Assembly: GCA_048939245.1 (NCBI GenBank)
Contig: JBHLPR010000018.1
Coordinates: 1 to 39,127 of the forward strand
Direction: 5' to 3'
DNA: 39,127 bases
Source of the DNA: Promethearchaeota archaeon
GTDB lineage: Archaea > Asgardarchaeota > Hermodarchaeia > Hermodarchaeales > Hermodarchaeaceae
Shown here: positions 1 through 7,528 of the stretch, piece by piece
Position numbering within the stretch: position 1 is the stretch's first letter
Layout of the letters: every line of letters starts with the position of its first letter
Made by a program: the position numbers and the translations under genes
Notes under the pieces: generated by a model
Told to the model about the DNA's origin: nothing
The model's database searches: none
What the model saw: only the letters and a program-made list of their open reading frames with translations

Positions 1-1
1 C

Positions 2-70
2 GACCCCCGCTATCGAGAAGTTCTCTACAAAATCATCCTAGGTGCCGTCGCAGAAGCCACTACAGATTAA
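2..70 (+). CDS. 3' end of an unidentified gene entering from the left edge
   Basis: Frame from position 2 reads DPRYREVLYKIILGAVAEATTD to TAA at 68-70; protein-like but too short to identify. Confidence 0.45.
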   Translation, partial: DPRYREVLYKIILGAVAEATTD

Positions 71-165
71 CCATCCTCCTCTTAGAACATTTCATAATGC
101 TGCTGAAATAACAGCCTTTTTATCACTTCCACAACAAAATTACTCAGAGTTGGAGGGTTAAACTC

Positions 166-1770
166 CTGCAAAAAGAACTACTTCTCTTCTTTCTTTTATC
201 CTGGAGTCTCTATTTACCAATTCTCCAAGATTCCTATAATGTAGGAACTTGTTATCCACTGATAGAAGATGATGCTCATCTAGCGCCAGCTATTATTTGG
301 GAAAAGTCCTTCTCCCATCAATGGGGTTCTTGGGGGTGGATTGGCCATGAACTTCAAGATGGCAGCTTTGTTATTGCAGGAATTCATCCACCTGGGGGTT
401 GTTATGATTGGTGTGTGTATCCTGGTTGGATAATGCGAATCACCAATGACGGAAGCTTACGATGGTATCAATTGATAGAGAACTATTCTTCATTTTATTC
501 AACACGGTTACTCAGCATAGATTCATCTTCTTTTCTTCTAGCAGGTGTGGGGCAAATATACGGATTATTTCCCGAACTTGATCAATTTATTTCGCTTCAT
601 TGGATAGACAATGAAGGAAACTGGTTCAGAAACGTTACTTTCAACTGTTGGGATAATTGCTGGCTCGGAGATATTATTCCACTCCAAAATGGAAGCTTAA
701 TCGTTATACTATCTGGGTGGAAAGCAAATCGCGCTCTTTGGTTAGGTGCGGATGGTTCCTTGCTATCGAATCACACCTATGCTCCAATTCGCCTTAATTT
801 TAGATGTGCCCATGGCTGTCAGGATGGAGGATTTGTCGTGGTCGGTGAAAATCATACCTCTCAACCAGTCTCTCTCTCAATAATACGTGTAAACGGATCA
901 GGTTCACTGCTATGGAAATGTGATTATACAACTGAATTTAACTTACAAGCTCGTCATGTTTGCGAAGACGGTGAAAGCGGTTTTCTCGTAGTCGGAGAGA
1001 TGGGTAATGAAACTACAAGTCCTCCAACCTCTCTTTGGTTAAAACGAGTTGATGCTTTTGGAAACACTATTTGGACTCTTCCTCTCCAAACCTCTTCAAT
1101 TGACAGTGTATCCGGTATTACAAAGACGATAAGTGGGGATTATGTTATCTCTGGTAATCGAAACGGAATTGCATACTGCTGGCGAGTAAATAATCTGGGT
1201 GACATTGTATGGGAATCAGATTTTGGGGGTGACAAAAATGTGGTCTTTGCTGACATCATCACATGCCAGAATGGTGATTACGTAGCTATCGGGACTGATA
1301 ACACCCTTTCCTCTAATCCGATGTCCTTGGTGCGTCGCTTTGATGAACAAATGGCTCCGACATCCCCTACGCTTTTCAACGTTTACCTTCCGCATCCTTT
1401 CCCTCACTTTCTCCTCACCTGGTCTACTTCTTCTGATATTGACGGAACTGTTGTTGGTTACCGCCTTCAGATATCACCTTCGGCTACTTTTTCTAACAAT
1501 GTTACCAGCCTATACCTAACTTCGAATTCCACCTCTATTCTGCCTTCAGATCATCACTTGTTATATTATCGCGTCGCAGCTATAGATGATCGAGGAACAT
1601 TTAGTTACTGGAGCAATATCCTTCTCATCAACTTTGATGAGCTAATCCTGTTGTACAATGTAATACTCGCCACCACAATAGGCATTCTAGTCGTTGTCAT
1701 CATATTAACGAGTTTTATTTTTGTGCGGTACAAACAAAAGAACAAACATCAAACTAGGCGAAATCTATGA
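166..1770 (+). CDS. Cell-surface/secreted protein: signal peptide, beta-propeller-like repeats, FN3-like domain, C-terminal membrane anchor
   Basis: Repeats of the type DGGFVVVG / SGDYVISG / NGDYVAIG followed by RVDAFGNTIW. FN3-like segment LTWSTSSDIDGTVVGYRLQIS...YYRVAAIDDRGTFSYWS. Hydrophobic C-terminal helix with basic tail. The frame is open from 112; a CTG at 166 after GGAGG (152-156) adds a signal-like N-terminus. The ORF track start is 415. Confidence 0.7.
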   Translation: MQKELLLFFLLSWSLYLPILQDSYNVGTCYPLIEDDAHLAPAIIWEKSFSHQWGSWGWIGHELQDGSFVIAGIHPPGGCYDWCVYPGWIMRITNDGSLRWYQLIENYSSFYSTRLLSIDSSSFLLAGVGQIYGLFPELDQFISLHWIDNEGNWFRNVTFNCWDNCWLGDIIPLQNGSLIVILSGWKANRALWLGADGSLLSNHTYAPIRLNFRCAHGCQDGGFVVVGENHTSQPVSLSIIRVNGSGSLLWKCDYTTEFNLQARHVCEDGESGFLVVGEMGNETTSPPTSLWLKRVDAFGNTIWTLPLQTSSIDSVSGITKTISGDYVISGNRNGIAYCWRVNNLGDIVWESDFGGDKNVVFADIITCQNGDYVAIGTDNTLSSNPMSLVRRFDEQMAPTSPTLFNVYLPHPFPHFLLTWSTSSDIDGTVVGYRLQISPSATFSNNVTSLYLTSNSTSILPSDHHLLYYRVAAIDDRGTFSYWSNILLINFDELILLYNVILATTIGILVVVIILTSFIFVRYKQKNKHQTRRNL

Positions 1771-1945
1771 GGTACTCAATTTTCTTGCGAAAAAAATGCA
1801 GAAAGCCACAACAATCGACTATTCAACAGGGGAACCGGCAAACAAGTTAAATACCCTTAACCAGATAGTCAAAACCAAGTGCCGACAGGTCACTTTAAAA
1901 CCCAAAGCTACAGAAATCATTTGAATAAATGGGAGGCTAATTATA

Positions 1946-3493
1946 TTGCCAAAAGGTTTAAGTGTATGCCGTTGGGACGACAAGGTAGGTCTACGTGTTG
2001 TGGGCGTTTATCCGCGTAACCTTGAAGTCTCTGAGGACGATATGCTCCGTGTCTTCACAGCCCATGCTATGGGTAAACCTGAAGCCGGTTTTCTCACCAT
2101 GACCCTCGAAGGGACGAACCTGGCAGTGAGTAGTTTCTATACGGGAATTCTTCGTGGGCGTGATCAGTTTTGTATCATGTTGTTTATGGATTTGGAGGAG
2201 GAGCCTCGGGCGTATGAAGAGGGGTTGACGCTTGCATCGAGTGAGATTGTGGAAAATATTGGTGAACCAGAATTTGTGGAGTATCTGGGTGAGGTCTTTG
2301 AGAAGCTGAAGCGGATGGTGGAGCTGTCTGTGGAGCAGCGGCTTGCCAAAGTGTTCGTGGATCAGGAAACTCGGTTACTCATGCATAAATTGGCTCGGGG
2401 AGGGATTCCAGCCGAGGAGTTGCGGGAGTGGCTTGAGTTGCAAACGGGAAAGCATTACCCAGATTTGGGACTTGTGACCTTGCCACTTTTACGTAGTGGA
2501 CTTGTGGAAGAAGACTGGATTAATGCAGTGTCCGATAACTGCGTATTTTTGGTCAATGATCTCTTGGGTGCGCGGTTTCCACCAGAACAATCGCTGAAAT
2601 TAGCAAAGGGTGGCGGGTTGAACAAGGAACAGTTCCGTGAATATGAAAACCGTGTAAAAAGTTTCTTTGAAGACTATCAGTGGACCGAAGAAGACACGAC
2701 TATGATTGGTCAATTGCTTCTCGATCCTGATATTTACGATGTGACAAAGACGCTACGTCGGAAGATTGCGCATAAATCCGAATTAGTTGGAGTGGTGGAA
2801 AAGGAAGCATCATTGGATAATGTACTGCGGCGTTTGGAGCAGTCGCAAGTCATTACGAAGATGGGTGCAGATTCTGTTGAGGTTTCTGCCCAAGATGATC
2901 CGTTGATTGTGCTTTCCTCGGATGTGCATTTTGAATCCTTCTTTCCGGAGTTCTTGGTGCTGCGGATCCAAGAGCGTTTAGAGGCTAAGGATATCCACCC
3001 AGATATTGCCAAGCGGCACTTAGAGCTTCTTAGTGAGACCTATATGCGTATGCGGGAGAAGATGAAGGAACGTAAGAAGCGGAAGAAGGAAGAGGGTGAA
3101 GAAGAGCTTCCTGAAGTTGAAGCGGAAATGCCAGCTCCTCCTGAAGTCACGGAAGCTGAACCTCCAGAAACCGCTGAACTGCCTGCTGTTGACGAAAAAG
3201 AGGCTAAACGAATCCAGAAGGAAGAGGAGAAGAAGCGGAAGGAAGAAGAAAAACGCCTTAAAGAGGAAGAAAAACAGAAGAAGAAGGGAGAGGAGAAAAA
3301 GCATAAGGAAGAGGAGAAGAAGCGGAAGGAAGAGGAGAAGCAGAAGAAGAAGGAAGAGGAACAAAAACGCAAAGAAGAAGAGAAGCGACTAAAAGAAGAG
3401 GAGAAGAAGCGGAAGGAAGAGGAGAAGCAGAAGAAGAAGGAAGAAGAAAAGAAAGAAACTGCGAAGAAAAAGAAAGAAAAGGACTCCTCTTAG
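1946..3493 (+). CDS. Asgard-type uDENN/longin-like protein with probable winged-helix domains and a charged E/K helical tail
   Basis: The N-terminus GLSVCRWDDKVGLRVVGVYP resembles the uDENN/longin beta1-beta2 start. Two wHTH-like segments end in LLRSGLVEE and LEQSQVITK. C-terminal KEEEKKR repeats. GGAGG at 1932-1936 lies 9 nt before the TTG start. Confidence 0.65.
   Translation: MPKGLSVCRWDDKVGLRVVGVYPRNLEVSEDDMLRVFTAHAMGKPEAGFLTMTLEGTNLAVSSFYTGILRGRDQFCIMLFMDLEEEPRAYEEGLTLASSEIVENIGEPEFVEYLGEVFEKLKRMVELSVEQRLAKVFVDQETRLLMHKLARGGIPAEELREWLELQTGKHYPDLGLVTLPLLRSGLVEEDWINAVSDNCVFLVNDLLGARFPPEQSLKLAKGGGLNKEQFREYENRVKSFFEDYQWTEEDTTMIGQLLLDPDIYDVTKTLRRKIAHKSELVGVVEKEASLDNVLRRLEQSQVITKMGADSVEVSAQDDPLIVLSSDVHFESFFPEFLVLRIQERLEAKDIHPDIAKRHLELLSETYMRMREKMKERKKRKKEEGEEELPEVEAEMPAPPEVTEAEPPETAELPAVDEKEAKRIQKEEEKKRKEEEKRLKEEEKQKKKGEEKKHKEEEKKRKEEEKQKKKEEEQKRKEEEKRLKEEEKKRKEEEKQKKKEEEKKETAKKKKEKDSS
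3217..3480 (+). repeat. Intragenic purine-rich tandem repeat encoding (KEEEKKR)n
   Basis: Exact 50-nt duplication at 3308-3357 and 3395-3444 (period 87 nt), plus shorter copies of gaagaggagaagaagcggaag. Confidence 0.9.
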
Positions 3494-3513
3494 CTAGTTT
3501 CGAATGCTGTTCC

Positions 3514-4182
3514 TCACTTGTTCAAGGTTTGCTGACGGTTTGCTGCACTAATATCCCGAGCCGTTTCCCAGGTTTTTCGAACAATATCCGGAAACGTTTG
3601 ATGTGTTTGAATCCAAGTGCTTAGAAATCGTCGCGTTTTTGGATCGCTAGGGTATCCACTTCCAAAGTCTCCATAGCGCTGATGATATTCGCTGATTCGT
3701 CGATCACGATGTACTTTGGCAACGATTGATGCGGCGCCAACAATGGGGTAGGTTGAATCTGCTTTATGCTCACTGATAACCGTTTTTGGTGTGTTTAACT
3801 GTGCTGAGATTGTGCGACCATACCGTGCAGCATTTACATCAGAGGCATCGACATAAGCAATATCCCACCGTAAACGATTCAAAACCTGTGCCATCCATTT
3901 TGCCTCTAAAACATTGAGGCTGTGCTTTTTCTGCCGTTCCTCGTCAATTGTTTTTGCACTTACTTCTAACACTTCAATTTTGGAAGCCAGTTGGCGAATT
4001 CGGTGTGCAAGCAATTCACGACGTCGAGGAGTTAGTTGTTTTGAGTCTCGGACTCCCCATTCACTAAGTGCATCTTCTTGAGAAGCAGTTATCACAACCC
4101 CTACGATTACTAGCGGGCCTATAACGGGTCCTCGTCCAGCCTCGTCAACACCAGCAATTTGTTGCGTCAATCCTAACACCAA
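3514..4182 (-). CDS. rnhB: Ribonuclease HII
   Basis: GVDEAGRGPVIGPLV, DSKQL, KAD..YP.V.AASIVAKV and DFGSGYPSDPKT motifs. Confidence 0.97.
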   Translation of the reverse strand: MVLGLTQQIAGVDEAGRGPVIGPLVIVGVVITASQEDALSEWGVRDSKQLTPRRRELLAHRIRQLASKIEVLEVSAKTIDEERQKKHSLNVLEAKWMAQVLNRLRWDIAYVDASDVNAARYGRTISAQLNTPKTVISEHKADSTYPIVGAASIVAKVHRDRRISEYHQRYGDFGSGYPSDPKTRRFLSTWIQTHQTFPDIVRKTWETARDISAANRQQTLNK

Positions 4183-4265
4183 CTTCGATAATTCAACTGT
4201 TCCGAAACCATTAACTGGTGCTCAACCTTATTAGTTCCTACCTAGTTTGCTTGCTTGTGGCATAC

Positions 4266-4550
4266 ATGACAGAATGTAAATACCCAGAAATATGGCTTAG
4301 CATCCTCGATGGTAAGTTTCGTGTCTCTTCGCGACTTCCTCCACCAGCACAAGTTCCAGAGGATTTTAGTTGTCTTACTCCTGAGGGTGAAACCATGCCG
4401 ATTTGTGTTTCGCCACTCTATGAATCGATTCACGATGCTAAGGGTCGTGCAGCAACGCTCCAAGCGGATCTCCAAGAACAGGGGTGCAAGGTGCTCTTTT
4501 TCTTCGAACTACGCCCGGCAATTGTCGGTGATCCTCACGCAAACCGCTAG
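4266..4550 (+). CDS. Small hypothetical protein (94 aa)
   Basis: ATG at 4266 and globular-looking sequence, filling the gap divergent from rnhB; overlaps the DedA ORF end by 113 nt. Confidence 0.45.
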   Translation: MTECKYPEIWLSILDGKFRVSSRLPPPAQVPEDFSCLTPEGETMPICVSPLYESIHDAKGRAATLQADLQEQGCKVLFFFELRPAIVGDPHANR

Positions 4551-5304
4551 GTTCCTCATTAGCTTCTGTTAATTCATCGTTTCCTGCATTCTGTTCTTTT
4601 CGAGCACGCCGACGAATAATAATGCGATATAAAATAAAGACGACCAGAAAAATGATGAGGAGGATTAAAATTAGAGTTTCTAACAAATCAATCATTTCAG
4701 CTAAATTTACGAATCCTACACCAATTATCCAGCCTAAGAGGCCTAGGACCAGATAACGAGGTAAAGTACCAAGGAATGTGAATACTGCAAATTTTTTTAC
4801 ATCTGCTCGAATCGCACCATACAGAAGCGAGACGACAGAAAGTGGGATAATGGGGATGGCACGTGCGGTGAACAGGTAAATTTCATCGCGTGAAGATTTC
4901 TCCATGTTCTTGCGCATATATTCAATTTCTTCTAGTGATGTTCCAAGGTATTTACCATATCGCTCGATAATCGGATACCCGCCAAAAAATGCAATTCCGT
5001 ACCCAAAAAAGGAACCAACTGTGGCGGCAAGAGCTCCAACAAACATTACACTGAATAGGATAACTAAGATTGCCTGCAGTGGGTCCAATCCTAAGGTTAG
5101 AATGAATCCTGCCGCCATTGGAACAAGTGGGGAGGGAAGTGGGGCAATGAATGTTTCAATCATGACACCAAGAAACACGCCGAGTGGTCCTAAGGCTACA
5201 ACCCATGAAATTAGGAGCGCAATAATGCCATCTATCCATGCATCAAAGGCTTGTAACCAGGCGATAATCGTATCAATGATCAATGGAGGTTCCCTCAGAA
5301 GCAA
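4438..5304 (-). CDS. DedA/VTT-domain membrane protein
   Basis: ETFIAPLPSPLVPMAAG, G...GYGIAFFGGYPIIERYGKYLG, ARAIPIIP and F..FTFLGTLPR motifs. The true start may be the TTG at 5283. Confidence 0.9.
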   Translation of the reverse strand: MLLREPPLIIDTIIAWLQAFDAWIDGIIALLISWVVALGPLGVFLGVMIETFIAPLPSPLVPMAAGFILTLGLDPLQAILVILFSVMFVGALAATVGSFFGYGIAFFGGYPIIERYGKYLGTSLEEIEYMRKNMEKSSRDEIYLFTARAIPIIPLSVVSLLYGAIRADVKKFAVFTFLGTLPRYLVLGLLGWIIGVGFVNLAEMIDLLETLILILLIIFLVVFILYRIIIRRRARKEQNAGNDELTEANEEPSGLREDHRQLPGVVRRKRAPCTPVLGDPLGALLHDP

Positions 5305-5330
5305 ATGACTGAAACTCGCTTTGACTTATT

Positions 5331-5678
5331 CTATTCTCCTGGATATTTCTTCATGATTTCTTCCAGTGATGGAAACTCGGGGTCATCGACAATGGCAATG
5401 GTTCCATAACGACCGGCAGATAATTCCATCTCACCACGAAACGTCTTGACGAACCCATTTTCAACCTCGACGACTACTCCTTCATCCACTTTGTCAATGT
5501 CGTCATTCCAAAGGGATAATTTGATAGTACCCGTATCATCACCTGCCTGGGCGGTGGTTACACGGGCTTTACCATAACGTGTTTGTACGTCCCGAACGGG
5601 CTCTAAGGAAAGGATGCGTAACCGGATATTAACACTCCGGGATGCAGAGGATAATTCGTGAACTTTCATTTCAAACAA
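5331..5678 (-). CDS. Single OB-fold ssDNA-binding protein (archaeal SSB/RPA-like)
   Basis: GDDTGTIKLSLWND, VVEVENGFVKTFRGEMELSAGRYG. Confidence 0.9.
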   Translation of the reverse strand: MFEMKVHELSSASRSVNIRLRILSLEPVRDVQTRYGKARVTTAQAGDDTGTIKLSLWNDDIDKVDEGVVVEVENGFVKTFRGEMELSAGRYGTIAIVDDPEFPSLEEIMKKYPGE

Positions 5679-5772
5679 CCTACATAATAAAAGAGATTTA
5701 CCAAGGATGTATTAAAGCACACTTTTAAAACTTGTAGGAACGCTGGATTTTCAGAAACAGAAGGGTTCAGTT

Positions 5773-7500
5773 ATGCCGGTAACAGCTGCGACCCCATTTC
5801 AAACCCTCAGTGAGGTTTCTGAGGCGATTATGGGGACCACTAAGCGCTTAGAAAAAATGGATATCGGCGGGATTTTCCTTTCAAAACTTTCTTCTGAGGA
5901 GATAGAAGTCGCTGCCTTACTTCTTATCGGTCAGCCTTTTCCTCGAACTAGTCAACGCTCCCTTGCACTTGACTGGAAGGCACTTCATCAGATACTTCAA
6001 GAATTGTTACAACCATCTCCGAAATTATTACGTGATTTATTTGCACAATCTGGTGACATCGGCGAAGTCGTATATCAGCTGTACCTGCAATCCGGAACTA
6101 TTAAACAATCAACTTTATTCACAACAGCTCTAACCATCCGCGGTGTGCATACAACATTTTCCGAAATCGCTGATGCTCAAGGTCCTGGATCGCGAAAACG
6201 AAAAACCAGTCTTCTCCGGGCATTATTTACGCGTGCAACGCCGCTGGAGGCCAAATATCTTGCTAAGCTTCTTGTCGGGGATCAACGCATCGGGTTCAGC
6301 GAAGGCATGCTTGAAAGCACGATTGCCCGAACACTCGAATTACCTCTTGATCTCGTTCGCCGCGCTAATATGCTCACCGGAAATATCGGGAAAGTAGCAC
6401 GCATCGCTTTCAGTGAAGGGGTAAAGGGACTTAAGAAGGTGAAATTACAGGTATTCATTCCCCTACTACCAATGCTGGCAGCACAGGCGGAAGACGTTGA
6501 GGATGCATTGACTATTCATGATGGGCGTTCAGCATTTGAAATGAAGCTGGATGGTGCCCGTGTCCAAATCCATCTGCAGCATCAGAATGGACAAACATTA
6601 ATCCGAATCTATAGTCGACGTCTTACAGATGTGACAACTAGTTTACCTGATGTTGTTACAATGATTGATGACCAAATTGAAGCCCAAAGCGGCATTCTTG
6701 AAGGGGAGGTCCTAGCAGAGGGGCCCGATGGACGTCCCTATCCTTTTCAACATCTTATGCGACGTTTCCGTCGGGTTCGTAATATTGAGGAAATGGTTCG
6801 TAAAATTCCAGTTAAATTGTATCTCTTTGACTTGCTTATGCATGATGGTGAAATACTAATTGATGAATCCTACGAAAAACGAAGACAGCGTCTAAATATG
6901 GTTCGGGGTCAAATTCCCCTCGTTGAGCAATTAGTGAGTTCAAATTCCGGAGAAGTCACTGCATTTTTTGAGAAGGCGATTGAATCGGGGCATGAAGGGC
7001 TTGTCGCCAAAAGACTAGATAGCCCCTACCAACCCGGTATACGCGGAAAAGCATGGTTGAAAATTAAACAGAGCATGGAAACCCTGGACCTGGTCATCAT
7101 TGCCGCTGAATGGGGAACAGGTCGACGACATAAATGGCTCAGTGACTATCATCTCGCTGCACAGGATCCAGATACAGGCGAATATCACATGCTTGGAAAA
7201 ACTTTCAAGGGGCTAACGGATGCAGAATTCGAGGATATTACCCAACGCCTACTTGAACATAAAATCGAACAGCATCGTGGAATTGTCACCGTCCATCCGC
7301 GGCTTGTCGTCGAAGTCGAATATGATGAGATTCAGCGGAGTCCAACATATAAGTCTGGGATGGCACTGCGGTTTGCCCGAATCAAACGTTTAAGATATGA
7401 TAAGACTCCACAAGACGCTGATACAATTCAACGTGTTCAGGAACTTTATGACACCCAATTTGATCGCAAGGCTTCAACCAACCAGGTGGGTTGCAGCTAG
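5773..7500 (+). CDS. lig: ATP-dependent DNA ligase
   Basis: Motif I EMKLDGARVQIH, EGEV, LFDLL, EGLVAK, WLKIK and ALRFARIKRLRYDK. Confidence 0.97.
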   Translation: MPVTAATPFQTLSEVSEAIMGTTKRLEKMDIGGIFLSKLSSEEIEVAALLLIGQPFPRTSQRSLALDWKALHQILQELLQPSPKLLRDLFAQSGDIGEVVYQLYLQSGTIKQSTLFTTALTIRGVHTTFSEIADAQGPGSRKRKTSLLRALFTRATPLEAKYLAKLLVGDQRIGFSEGMLESTIARTLELPLDLVRRANMLTGNIGKVARIAFSEGVKGLKKVKLQVFIPLLPMLAAQAEDVEDALTIHDGRSAFEMKLDGARVQIHLQHQNGQTLIRIYSRRLTDVTTSLPDVVTMIDDQIEAQSGILEGEVLAEGPDGRPYPFQHLMRRFRRVRNIEEMVRKIPVKLYLFDLLMHDGEILIDESYEKRRQRLNMVRGQIPLVEQLVSSNSGEVTAFFEKAIESGHEGLVAKRLDSPYQPGIRGKAWLKIKQSMETLDLVIIAAEWGTGRRHKWLSDYHLAAQDPDTGEYHMLGKTFKGLTDAEFEDITQRLLEHKIEQHRGIVTVHPRLVVEVEYDEIQRSPTYKSGMALRFARIKRLRYDKTPQDADTIQRVQELYDTQFDRKASTNQVGCS

Positions 7501-7528
7501 GTACTGTGCTCTTTCGAAATTCTATTTT

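Noticed and set aside
1721-1924. 67-aa ORF between the surface protein and the longin gene
   Set aside because: Overlaps the upstream gene, has no recognisable motif and spans the probable promoter region.
3020-3392. Leu/Phe-rich, Ser/Phe-rich and Arg-rich ORFs (3020-3364, 3040-3372, 3096-3392)
   Set aside because: Shadow frames of the purine-rich KEEEK repeat in the 1946-3493 gene.
3217-3480. Direct repeats as a possible CRISPR array
   Set aside because: In-frame, low-complexity, no unique spacers and no cas genes.
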